Source: Planctomycetota bacterium
GTDB lineage: Bacteria; Planctomycetota; B15-G4; SIAN01
Reading direction: 5' to 3'
DNA length: 46,618 bases
NCBI GenBank assembly: GCA_031409275.1
Contig: JANNXA010000001.1
Span: 1-46,618, forward strand
A program made the position numbers and the translations under genes. Positions 37,101-46,618 of the stretch are shown one piece after another. The notes beneath the pieces were generated by a model that made no database searches, was not told the origin of the DNA, and saw nothing but the letters and a program-made list of their open reading frames with translations. How positions within the stretch are numbered: the stretch's first letter is position 1; each line of letters opens with the position of its first letter.

Positions 37101-37281
37101 GCTGCCGGTCGCGCTGTCGGGCGATGCGCCGGGCAACGAGATCCAGAAGCCGATGGCGGTGGTGATCCTCTGCGGGCTGCTTTCCTCGATGGTGCTGAAC
37201 ATGTTCGTGGTGCCGGCGCTCTACCTCAAGTTCGGGCGCGTGCGCAAGCCCACCGTGACGACGAGCGGAGTCGTGTCATGA
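34165..37281 (+). CDS. CusA/CzcA-family RND permease
   Basis: 1038 aa; PIDVFPDL, VTFPIE, AIGALVDDAIIDVEN, FLPEFNEG, GIATRNGI, RLAPILMTA, GNEIQKPMA. Confidence 0.95.
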   Translation: MVDGIIAWSLRHKAVVLAAALLVLLLGGAATLQLPIDVFPDLTAPTVTILAEAHGMAPTELERLVTFPIETALNGAAGVRRVRSSTVVGIAIVWVEFEWDVDPNLARQTVNERLVLVTSTLPPEVERPVLAPASSIMGEILFVGLTSATHDGRELRATAETLLRRRLLAVPGVAQVTPIGGAEKQFQVELEPLLLAAHGLTMHEVLEALRAANRNVSAGFLDEGGSEHLVTGIGRLRTLEDLASTNVATRDGVAVRVRDVGRVKVGDAPRRGSATVNGTPGVLLGLQRQPGANTLQLTRSLDRVLDQLERELPPGMKLHRDLMRQASFIEAAIDNVALALRDGAVLVVVIVGLFLMNLRSTFITLTALPLALLAAISVLQWMGESINTMTLGGLAIAIGALVDDAIIDVENVFRRLRENAALPVPQRRGALQVVLSASVEVRASIVFATLVITLVFAPLFFLEGVEGRLLRPLGLAYVVGLLASLVVAVTVTPVLCALLLPNAPAITRGHEPRGVAALKRGYGVLLRGALRVPWLVAAGAVVLLAGALATIPRLGFAFLPEFNEGGLTIAAVTLPGTSLAESEKLARVVDDVLLAQPEVVSTARRTGRAEVDEHGQGVEGSEIEVMLRPGERGREELLAALRAELSTIPGMSITIGQPISHRIDHMLSGTRSSIAVKIFGDDLAKLRQLGARVREAMQGVAGVVDLTLEQQMEVPAVTVRFDREALGRHGVSIEEIEHSLEAALAGVPVTRLLEGPSTYDVVVRLAAHEALTPEGLGALPIDTPGGGRLPLQSLARIVDETAPNTVSREQVQRKIVVSCNVAGRDVTSVVTECRERIAPIIAAVPGYRAEFGGQFESAASARQRLGLLSAGIGVAIAFLLYLAFHSWRDALLVLVNLPLALVGGVAGVALTDGVLSVASLVGFIAVFGIATRNGIMLIAHVRHLMEHEGVTHLRTALERGAAERLAPILMTALAAGLALLPVALSGDAPGNEIQKPMAVVILCGLLSSMVLNMFVVPALYLKFGRVRKPTVTTSGVVS

Positions 37282-38612
37282 GCGCGACGACGAAGCGAAG
37301 CGCCGCGGCGCTGCTGCTCGCGAGCCTGTTGCCGCGCTGCACCACCGCCGTCGACGAGCCGGCGCTGCTGGCGCTGCGAACGCCGCCGCTTGACGGCGCG
37401 CGCGGCGACGAAATCCGCCACGCGCCGGCGCCGACCGCGACCTCCGCGACGGCGACGCGCGAGCGGATCGACCTCGCGCAGGCGATCGAGCAGGCGCGCG
37501 CGACCCGGCCCGAACTCGCCGTCGCGCGTGCCGCGATCGAGGCGGCGCAGGCGCGTCGCGGCGGCAGCGGACGCTTCCCCAACCCGCGCCTCGTCGCGCG
37601 AGCCGAAGCGGCGCCGTTTGAAGGGCGAACGCTCGACGACGCCGACCTCATCGCGGGCGTGTCGCAGCCGCTGCCGCTCTCCGATCGGCGCGCCGCGGAG
37701 CAAGGGCTCGCCGATGCCGAGTTCGAGCGTGCGCAGGCGCAGCTCGCGACCGCGGAAGCGACGCTCGATCGAGAGGTGCGGCGCGCGTTCGCAACGGCAC
37801 TCTTCGCGCAGCACGCCGCACGCCAACAGCAGACGCTCGCCGAACAGTCGGAGGCGCTGCGCCAACCGATCGAGGCGCGCGCGGTGGCCGGCGACGCGAC
37901 GGCGAGCGAGCGGGCGCACGCGGCGATTGCGGCGCGCGAGACGGCGGCCGCCGCACGGATCGCGCAGCGGGTCGACGAGCTCGCGCGCGCCGACCTCGCC
38001 GCGGCGATCGGAGCCCCCGACACCTCGATCGGCGAGGTGGACGGCGAACTCGACCGCGTGCTGGCGTTGCCGGAGCTCGCGGAGCAATCGGCGCGACTGG
38101 CGGACCATCCCGCGTTGCGATTGGCACGCGCCGAAGCGGGCGTCGCCAACGCGGCGCTCGCGCTGGCCCGCGAAGCGCGGATCCCCGACCTCGATCTCGA
38201 CCTGCTCTACCGGCGGATCGGTGCCGACGAGATCCACGCCTTCGACGTCGGGCTGTCGATTCCACTGCGGCTCTTCGATTCCGGCCGCGCCGCCGTGGAG
38301 GTCGCGGAGGCGGAGCAGCGCGGCGCCCGGGCGCACGCGGTCGCAACGGAACGCGACCTCACCGCGTCGTTGCGCCAGCGCCACGCGCGCCTCGCCACGG
38401 CGCTCGAACGGCGATCGGGGTTGCAACACGACCTGCTGCCGCTGCATGACGAGCTGGTCCGCATCGAAGCCGCGCGCGTGGCGGCCGGCGATGCTCGCCC
38501 CGAATCGCTGCTGCTGGCGCAGCGAGCGCGCACGCAGGCGGAGATCGAACTGCTGATCGCGACGCGCGAGGCGCTCGATGCGTGGGCTGAACTCGCCGCG
38601 CTCTCGCGGTAG
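37278..38612 (+). CDS. TolC/CzcC-like outer membrane factor
   Basis: ATGA overlap; LAQAIEQA..PEL, FPNP, GVSQPLPL, IPDL, GLSIPLRLFD. Confidence 0.9.
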   Translation: MSATTKRSAAALLLASLLPRCTTAVDEPALLALRTPPLDGARGDEIRHAPAPTATSATATRERIDLAQAIEQARATRPELAVARAAIEAAQARRGGSGRFPNPRLVARAEAAPFEGRTLDDADLIAGVSQPLPLSDRRAAEQGLADAEFERAQAQLATAEATLDREVRRAFATALFAQHAARQQQTLAEQSEALRQPIEARAVAGDATASERAHAAIAARETAAAARIAQRVDELARADLAAAIGAPDTSIGEVDGELDRVLALPELAEQSARLADHPALRLARAEAGVANAALALAREARIPDLDLDLLYRRIGADEIHAFDVGLSIPLRLFDSGRAAVEVAEAEQRGARAHAVATERDLTASLRQRHARLATALERRSGLQHDLLPLHDELVRIEAARVAAGDARPESLLLAQRARTQAEIELLIATREALDAWAELAALSR

Positions 38613-38653
38613 CAGCTCCGCTACGCTGCACCCATCCCACAAGGAGCCAGACG

Positions 38654-39193
38654 ATGCACGTTTCGAAGAGCACGCCGTTCGCCCTCGCCCTGTTCGGGTT
38701 GCTGATCGGCACGAGCGGCTGCGGCGACAAGCAGCCTGCCGGTGGCGGCGCGAATCCCGCGGCGACGGCGACCGCACCGACGGCCGCGCTGCCCGCGAGC
38801 CTCGCATTGGCGAGCGAGCCGGCCGGAGCCAAGCTGATCGGCGAGATCGTCGCCGGCCTCGCGGCGAGCGGCCCGGTCGTCGCCCGCGGGCGCGTCGGCG
38901 TCGAAGGGAGCACGGACGCCTACTTCACGCTCGCCGATCCCTCGCTCAAGGACTGTGTCACCATCGGCGACCATTGCCCGACGCCGTGGGATTATTGCTG
39001 CACTCCCGCCGACGAGATGGCGAAGCAGTCGGCGACCGTCGAGTTCCACGTCGGCGGCAAACGCGCCTCGGGCAGCGTGATCGGTTTCCACGGCATCGAC
39101 CACCTGAAGGAAGTCGTGGTCACCGGCGAGGCGACCAAGGACGACGCCGGCAACGTGACCATCGTGGCCAGCGGGATCTGGGTCAAGCCGTGA
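38654..39193 (+). CDS. Lipoprotein with CPTPWDYCC motif (putative metal/thiol binding)
   Basis: AAGGAG RBS; lipobox TSGC; DCVTIGDHCPTPWDYCC. Confidence 0.8.
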   Translation: MHVSKSTPFALALFGLLIGTSGCGDKQPAGGGANPAATATAPTAALPASLALASEPAGAKLIGEIVAGLAASGPVVARGRVGVEGSTDAYFTLADPSLKDCVTIGDHCPTPWDYCCTPADEMAKQSATVEFHVGGKRASGSVIGFHGIDHLKEVVVTGEATKDDAGNVTIVASGIWVKP

Positions 39194-39444
39194 GCTGCAA
39201 GCGGCCCACCCACGCCGGGTGGCCGCGCATCGATGGCGCCGACGGCCGCGTCGAGCACTCGGAACTCGGCTTCGGCGATGGGCTGATCATGGTCGGCAGC
39301 GCCGGTGACCCGACGCGTCCGACTCGCGCCTTCTGCAAGTCGCCACGCGGGTTGAACGGCGCCCACCGCAGCTACCACGCCGTCGACCTCGAAGGCCACC
39401 ACTGGTGGTTCATGCGCCAGGTGCGCGGACCGACGGCGAAGTAA
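39190..39444 (+). pseudogene. VOC/glyoxalase-family remnant
   Basis: DGRVEHSELGFGDGLIMVG and RSYHAVDLEGHHWWF are VOC motifs, but the N-terminal strand-helix and the central VDDVD-helix segment are missing; only 84 codons. Confidence 0.65.
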
Positions 39445-39538
39445 CGGTCCTTCGGCACGGGCTAGTGGTCCTCGAGTCGCGCGACTGCGAGACTGGCGCG
39501 ACGCCGACGCCGCCCTGCCCGATCGAGGAAGCCCTCCG

Positions 39539-41187
<1,649 letters not shown>

Positions 41188-41191
<4 letters not shown>

Positions 41192-41769
41192 ACGACGACT
41201 CTGCCGACCCCAGCGCTCCGCGTCTGCAGGAGCTGATTCCCGCCGAACGGGTGCGCGAGCGGATCGAGGAGCTCGGCCGCGCGGTGGCAGAGGCGTTCCT
41301 TCGCGACCAAGCGGTGGCGAGCGGCGGGCCGCCGCGACCGCCTCCGCTCTTCGTCGTGATCGCCGAAGGGGCGCGCCGTTTCGCGCAGACGCTGCTGGCC
41401 GCTGCCGCTCGCCATGGCCTTCGCGCCGAGACGCTCGTCGTGCGAGCGCGGCGAACCGAAGGGCAGGAACTGCTGCCGGTGACGATCGACGGCTTCGACG
41501 AGGCGCGCTGCCGCGACCGCGAAGTGGTCGTCCTCGACGACATCGCCGACGAGGGACGCACGCTGGAGGCGGTGGTGGCGCGCGTCACGACGGCCGGCGC
41601 GCGCCGCGTCAGAGTCGGGGTCCTGGTCAGCAAGCACGCCCGCCGCCGCGTCCACGTCACGCTCGACTGGGTCGGCTTCGACGTCGCCGACGGCTGGATC
41701 GTCGGCTACGGCATGGACCTCGACGGCAAGCTGCGCGAACTCGACTGGATCGGAGTGGTCGAGGGGTAG
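41188..41769 (+). CDS. hpt: Hypoxanthine phosphoribosyltransferase-like protein (divergent)
   Basis: GTGA overlap; VVVLDDIADEGRTL PRPP loop; WIVGYGMD..LREL..I C-terminus typical of HPRT. Confidence 0.75.
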
Positions 41770-41929
41770 CAGCCCGTTGGAGAACTCCCCGTGTCGCCTG
41801 GCGGCGTCTTTCAAGCCGGTACTTCGTCGGAGTCTCTCGACAACTCACAAGGGAGTTGGCTTCGAACCTCCTCCTCGTCCCGACTCGAAATCCGCTCGTC
41901 AGACTCGCGGTGACTTCTCCAACGGGCTG
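41770..41929. mobile_element. 160-bp MITE, copy 3
   Basis: Perfect 15-bp TIR; perfect GTAG duplication at 41766-69 and 41930-33. Confidence 0.93.
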
Positions 41930-42011
41930 GTAGCGCAACGAACGAGCGGCGCACCGGGGGTCGCGATCCGGTACGCCGCTCTGCGTTCGACGGGGACGTG
42001 CGACTCAGCGC

Positions 42012-42494
42012 TCAGTCGTCATCGCCGTCGTCTTCGTCCTCATCACCTTCTTCATCGCCATCCTCGTCCTCGTCCTCGTCGCCGTCGTCGTCGTCATCGA
42101 CGGTCTTCATCACCTTGCCGGTGACCGGATCGACCGAGACCTCGACGAGCTTCTCGCCGACCAGCAGACCAATCACGAGGTGCAGCTTCTGGTCGCGGCC
42201 GAGCTCGACGTCGGCGGCATGAGCGCGACCTTGCGTCGACGCTTCAGCCGCGGTGATGGCCGCGATCAGCGACGTCTTGCAGCCGGCGAGCTCCTTCTTG
42301 AAGGTCGCGAGACGCGCGGCGTAGGCCGCCTTGCTTGCAGCGGCCTTGGCGCCGTCCTGCTTCGCGCTCGAAGCCGGCGCCGGCTTCTTGGTGTCGTCGC
42401 CGCCGCTCGCGTAGGCGCGCACCTGCGCGACCGCCAATCCAGCGAGCGCAACGAAAGCGAGCGCTCCCAACCACTTGCTCTTCAGGAACTTCAT
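42012..42494 (-). CDS. Secreted PepSY-like protein with acidic tail
   Basis: AAGGAG RBS; signal peptide; SLIAAITAAEA..G....E....VEVSVDPVTGKV; C-terminal D/E tract of about 23 residues. Confidence 0.8.
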   Translation of the reverse strand: MKFLKSKWLGALAFVALAGLAVAQVRAYASGGDDTKKPAPASSAKQDGAKAAASKAAYAARLATFKKELAGCKTSLIAAITAAEASTQGRAHAADVELGRDQKLHLVIGLLVGEKLVEVSVDPVTGKVMKTVDDDDDGDEDEDEDGDEEGDEDEDDGDDD

Positions 42495-42699
42495 CACGGA
42501 CTCCTTCTGCCAGAGTGAAAGCCGTCGGCGTCCACCGCACACTGCGCCACGATCCACGGCGACACGAGTCGCGGTCTCCGTCGCGCGGGCACCGTCCTAA
42601 GCCTCCATCGACGCGGCGGCCAGCAAACGATTCCCTGAAATCGAATTCAGTGTCGCGCGCCGACCCGTTCTCCGGCACTGAGCTACGATTCGCCACGTC

Positions 42700-43398
42700 A
42701 TGGAATCGCCACCTACACGCGTGCTCGTCGTCGAAGACGAAGTGAAAGTCAGCGACGCGCTCGCCGTCGGCCTGCGCGCCGACGGCTTCCACGTCGAAGT
42801 GGCGAGCGACGGCGCCGAAGGCTTCTTCGCGGCGAGTTCGCGCGAGTTCGACATCGTGCTGCTCGATTGGATGTTGCCGCGACGCAGCGGCATCGAGGTG
42901 CTCGCCGCGCTGCGCCGCAACCAGTCGAACGTGCCGGTCCTGATGCTGACCGCGCGCGACACGCTCGAAGACAAGATCACGGGGCTCGACCGCGGCGCCG
43001 ACGACTACCTCGTGAAGCCGTTCGCCATCGCCGAGCTCACTGCCCGAATTCGCGCGCTGCTGCGCCGTGGCCGACCGGAAGCGGTGACGCTGCTGCGCGC
43101 CGGCGCGATCGAGCTCGACCGCATGGCGCGCAAGGTGACCTACCAAGGCGCACTCGTCGAGATGACGTTGCGCGAGTTCGAGTTGCTGGAGTACCTGCTG
43201 CTCCACCGCGGCGAGCACGTCACGCGCGAGATGCTGGCACGCGACCTCTGGAAGCTGTCGCGCCGCGACCCGACCATCGACAACGTCATCGACGTCTACA
43301 TGGCGCGGCTGCGTCGCAAGGTCGACGCCGATCCGGCGCATCGCCTGGTCCAGACGATCCGCGGCGTCGGATTCCTCGTGCATGAGGAGACCCCGTGA
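42700..43398 (+). CDS. OmpR-family response regulator (CusR/CzcR-like)
   Basis: VLVVEDE, LLDWMLP, LMLTARD, GADDYLVKPF, NVIDVYM.RLRRK, TIRGVG. Confidence 0.95.
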   Translation: MESPPTRVLVVEDEVKVSDALAVGLRADGFHVEVASDGAEGFFAASSREFDIVLLDWMLPRRSGIEVLAALRRNQSNVPVLMLTARDTLEDKITGLDRGADDYLVKPFAIAELTARIRALLRRGRPEAVTLLRAGAIELDRMARKVTYQGALVEMTLREFELLEYLLLHRGEHVTREMLARDLWKLSRRDPTIDNVIDVYMARLRRKVDADPAHRLVQTIRGVGFLVHEETP

Positions 43399-44792
43399 GC
43401 GTTCGCGTGCGCCTCACACTTTGGTACTCCGGGATGCTGGCGACCCTGCTGGTCGCCTACGCGGCCGGCGTCTATGCATGGACGCGCCACGATGCGCTGC
43501 GCCGCATCGACGCCGAAGTGGTGAGTGACCTCGAGGAGATCGAGTCGATCGTCGGCATCAACTCGGCCGGCGAGTTCCTGCTGCCGAGCGATCTCGAGGA
43601 CCAGGATCCCGACGAGCTCAAGCTGGTGGCGCTGTTCGACGCCGACGGCGAGCTGCAGCTGCGGCTCCCCCCCGATCAGGCTCCGACCACCGTCACCGGC
43701 GATTGGCAGGCGACGACCGGCCATCCGATCACGGCCACGCGCACCGATGGCACGCGCGTCCGCGTCCAGCGCACCACCGTCGATCTCGACGGCCTCCCGT
43801 TCTGCCTCGAGGTTGGCCATTCGATCGATGCGATCGACGCCGAGCTCGCGCAGCTGGCGCTCGTCCTCCTGCTGTGCATCCCGATCGGGGTGTCGCTCGC
43901 CGCGGCCGCCGGCTGGTTCCTCGCCGGTCGCGCGCTGGCGCCGGTCGATCGCCTCGCCGAGCAGGCGCGCCGCATCACCGCGGAGCGCCTCTCCGAACGG
44001 CTGCCCATCGCCCACCCGAACGACGAGCTCGGGCGCCTGGCCGCCGCGTTCAACGAGATGCTCGAACGGCTCGACGCTTCCTTCGAGCAGCTGCGTCGCT
44101 TCACGGCAGATGCCTCCCACGAGCTGCGCACGCCGCTGACCGCGATGCGACTGGTGGGCGAGAACGCGCTGCGTCACGGAAACCTGCCGGTCGCGACGCG
44201 CGAGGTCGTCGGCAGCATGATCGAGGAGGTCGATCGGCTCGCCCGCCTGGTCGACGATCTGCTGCAGTTGGCGCGTGCCGACTCCGGCCAGGAAGCGCCT
44301 CGGCTCGAGCCGTGCGACCTCGCCACGATCGCGCGCGACGTCACCGAACAGCTCGGCGTGCTGGCCGAGGAGAAGCGGCTTGTGCTGCACCTCGAGGCAC
44401 CGGCGACGGCCGCCGTGCTCGGCCACCCGGTCCTGTTGCGTCAGGCGCTGCAGAACCTGATCGACAACGCGATCCGGCACAGTCCCGAGGGCAGCGAGGT
44501 GCGCGTCGCCATCGTGCTCGAAGCGGACGCGGTGAGAGTGACGGTCGCGGACCACGGGAGCGGGATCTCCGCCGAGCATCGCACCCGCATCTTCGAGCGC
44601 TTCTATCGCGTCGACGCGGCGCGTGCCCGCGCGCATGGCGGCGCCGGCCTCGGGCTCGCGATCGCCAAGTGGATCGTCGATGCCCACCGTGGCCGCATCG
44701 ACGTGATCCCAACCAATGGCACCACGCCGGGCCATCCGCCTGGCGCCACGTTTCGAATCGAGCTTCCGGCCGATCGCGTGGCGCGATCGTGA
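43395..44792 (+). CDS. HAMP sensor histidine kinase (CusS/CzcS-like)
   Basis: Two TMs, HAMP, FTADASHELRTPL, NLIDNAIRH, DHGSGI, FERFYR, GAGLGLAI. Confidence 0.95.
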   Translation: MSVRVRLTLWYSGMLATLLVAYAAGVYAWTRHDALRRIDAEVVSDLEEIESIVGINSAGEFLLPSDLEDQDPDELKLVALFDADGELQLRLPPDQAPTTVTGDWQATTGHPITATRTDGTRVRVQRTTVDLDGLPFCLEVGHSIDAIDAELAQLALVLLLCIPIGVSLAAAAGWFLAGRALAPVDRLAEQARRITAERLSERLPIAHPNDELGRLAAAFNEMLERLDASFEQLRRFTADASHELRTPLTAMRLVGENALRHGNLPVATREVVGSMIEEVDRLARLVDDLLQLARADSGQEAPRLEPCDLATIARDVTEQLGVLAEEKRLVLHLEAPATAAVLGHPVLLRQALQNLIDNAIRHSPEGSEVRVAIVLEADAVRVTVADHGSGISAEHRTRIFERFYRVDAARARAHGGAGLGLAIAKWIVDAHRGRIDVIPTNGTTPGHPPGATFRIELPADRVARS

Positions 44793-44829
44793 CCCGGTTG
44801 ATTCCACCATTCCTCGTGAGGCAGTACCC

Positions 44830-45540
44830 ATGTCGCGAAGCGTGATCTCCCTTGGATTGCTGGCGTTGGCGGGTGCGCTCGCTCCGTGCGCGCTCTCGAC
44901 TCCCTTGGCCCCCGTCGCCGCCAAGCGCTTCACGCGGGACGTCAGCACCGACGGCTGCGCGTTCTCTTCGATCGGGACCAACGACTACTTCCCGCTCGAT
45001 CCAGGCCGCTACTCGATACTGCAGGGGATGGACCACGGCCATCTCGACCGATTGGAGATCCGCGTCCTCGACGAGATGAAGAAGGTCGGCGGGGTGGACT
45101 GTCGCGTGGTCGAGGAGGCGAAGCTCGTCGACGGCGAACTCGTCGAGATCGTGCGCGCCTACTACGCGGTGGACGCCGCGACGCGGAACGTCCACAGCTT
45201 CGGCGAACAGGTCGATGAGTACGAGAACGGTGTCGTCGTCGGGCACGCCGGCAGCTGGGAGGCCTACCTGCAGGGCGCGCAACCCGGGCTCGCGATGCCC
45301 GGCACGCCGCTCCTCGGCGCGCGCTACTACGTGCAGCAGGTTCCTGGCGTCGCCGAGGACCGGGCCGAGATCACGGAACTCCCGGAGGGTGTGAAGACAC
45401 CGGCCGGGATGTTCCGCGCGTGCCTCATCACCGAAGAGACTTCGGTGCTCGAGCCCGGCGAGACGGCGGTGAAGGCGTACGCGCCGGGCGTCGGCGTCGT
45501 CAAGGACGCACACCTGAAGCTGATCGCGTACCGCCGCTGA
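44830..45540 (+). CDS. Secreted hypothetical protein, paralog A
   Basis: Signal peptide; NDYFPL, GSWEA..GAQPG..MPG, GVAEDRAE, TPAG.F, LEPG..K.YAPGVG. Confidence 0.8.
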   Translation: MSRSVISLGLLALAGALAPCALSTPLAPVAAKRFTRDVSTDGCAFSSIGTNDYFPLDPGRYSILQGMDHGHLDRLEIRVLDEMKKVGGVDCRVVEEAKLVDGELVEIVRAYYAVDAATRNVHSFGEQVDEYENGVVVGHAGSWEAYLQGAQPGLAMPGTPLLGARYYVQQVPGVAEDRAEITELPEGVKTPAGMFRACLITEETSVLEPGETAVKAYAPGVGVVKDAHLKLIAYRR

Positions 45541-45809
45541 ACGAGCGGCGGAGCGCGATGGCGCGCGCGGGCGGGCTGCTTCGCTCGCGCGCGCGCGACG
45601 CTTCCTGACTCCCGCTTCAGCCGCGTCGACGATTCGAAGCGAATGCGCCGACGCGATCAGACGCGCAATTCAGGTTCATCGGATCAAGTTCGGAGCCGCG
45701 GTTGCTCCTGCTGGCCACATCGGACTCGCCGCTCGTTCCACAGGCGTGCACATGGGCGCACGCACGGAAACCTCGGCGCCTCCGCCAAGCCGTGGAGAGC
45801 AACACCGTG

Positions 45810-46517
45810 ATGAAGCTGACGATGACCACCGGATTGCTGGCGCTGGCCGGCCTCTTGGCGCCCCCCGCCAGTCCCGCCCCCGTTGCAATGGGTACAAAGC
45901 AGTTCACCAGCCTCTTTCCGATCGACGACGATTGGACCTTCTCGGAGGACGGGGACAACGACTTCTTCCCGCTCAACGACGGCCACTTCGTCATCCTCGA
46001 AGGCGAGCTCGGCGGCGAGCTGACGCACCTCGAGATCACCGCGCTCGACGAGGTGAAGACGATCGGCGGGATCGACTGCCGCGTGGTCGAGGAGGTCGAG
46101 CTGATCGACGACGAGCTGGTCGAGATCTCGCGCAACTACTTCGCCGTGTGCGAACAGACGCAGGACGTCTTCTATTTCGGCGAGGACGTCGACATCTACG
46201 ACAACGGCGTGATCGTGAGCCATGCCGGCAGCTGGCTGGCGTACAGCAATGGCGCAACGCCCGGGATCATCATGCCGGGCCGCATCCTGCTGGGTTCCCG
46301 CTACTACCAGGAGGTCGCGATCGGTGTCGCCGAGGATCGCGCGGAGGTCACGGAGTACCCCGAGAAAGCGCGCACGCCGGCCGGCACCTTCACCGGCTGC
46401 GTGAAGATGGAAGAGTCGACGCCGCTCGAGCCCGGCCACTTCGGCTACAAGACCTACGCGCCGGAGATCGGCCTCGTCCGTGACGGTCACCTGAAACTGA
46501 TCGCCTGGGGCGATTGA
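45810..46517 (+). CDS. Secreted hypothetical protein, paralog B
   Basis: GGAG RBS; signal peptide; same motifs as 44830-45540. Confidence 0.8.
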   Translation: MKLTMTTGLLALAGLLAPPASPAPVAMGTKQFTSLFPIDDDWTFSEDGDNDFFPLNDGHFVILEGELGGELTHLEITALDEVKTIGGIDCRVVEEVELIDDELVEISRNYFAVCEQTQDVFYFGEDVDIYDNGVIVSHAGSWLAYSNGATPGIIMPGRILLGSRYYQEVAIGVAEDRAEVTEYPEKARTPAGTFTGCVKMEESTPLEPGHFGYKTYAPEIGLVRDGHLKLIAWGD

Positions 46518-46618
46518 TCGAAGTCGGGAATGACGGTGGCGGGGGGCCGGGCGGGGCGACCCGCCCGCGCCCCCCCCCGCGGCGGCCCCGGCCCGCGTTT
46601 CCGGCGGTGGGGGGGGGG

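Noticed and set aside
41777..41929. One frame open through all three MITE copies (LENSPCR...FSNGL)
   Set aside because: Only about 50 codons in GC-rich, recently duplicated DNA; element plus TSD is 164 bp, so it would not insert in frame; no RBS.
42015..42100. (TCG/TCC/TCA)n low-complexity tract
   Set aside because: Encodes the Asp/Glu tail of the PepSY protein; not an independent repeat.
46530..46618. G/C-run-rich end with possible hairpin or G-quadruplex
   Set aside because: Homopolymer runs ending in poly-G at the window edge look like low-quality contig-end sequence.

Overview
High-GC bacterial window, most plausibly Planctomycetota. This is inferred from the ECF sigma/Ser-Thr kinase pair, the sulfatase-like lipoprotein and the CPTPWDYCC lipoprotein; it is not proven. 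Left to right: a partial secreted FG-GAP-like protein, GT-B protein, sulfatase-like lipoprotein and ppk1 (minus strand); a secreted beta-helix protein; a Cys-rich leader ORF plus a TolC/MFP/MacB-type ABC operon; a Tat aldo/keto reductase, ECF sigma and membrane Ser/Thr kinase-TPR; a minus-strand peptide-export cluster (HlyD, C39-peptidase ABC, second ABC); two TPR proteins; an S41 peptidase; a His-rich leader plus a CusB/CusA/TolC-type efflux operon and Cys-motif lipoprotein; a VOC remnant; a NorR-like sigma54 activator and HPRT-like gene; a PepSY protein, an OmpR-family two-component system and two paralogous secreted proteins. Three signals stand out. (1) An unannotated 39-aa tandem double-glycine peptide (21494-21613) lies behind the C39 exporter and faces the kinase/ECF pair, a candidate peptide signalling system. 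(2) A secreted His-rich uORF ends in RAPP, with an anti-Shine-Dalgarno arm right after the stall site, a candidate metal-responsive arrest peptide controlling RND efflux. (3) Three copies of a 160-bp MITE have 15-bp TIRs and 4-bp NTAR target duplications at gene 3' ends. All calls are by eye; no searches were run.
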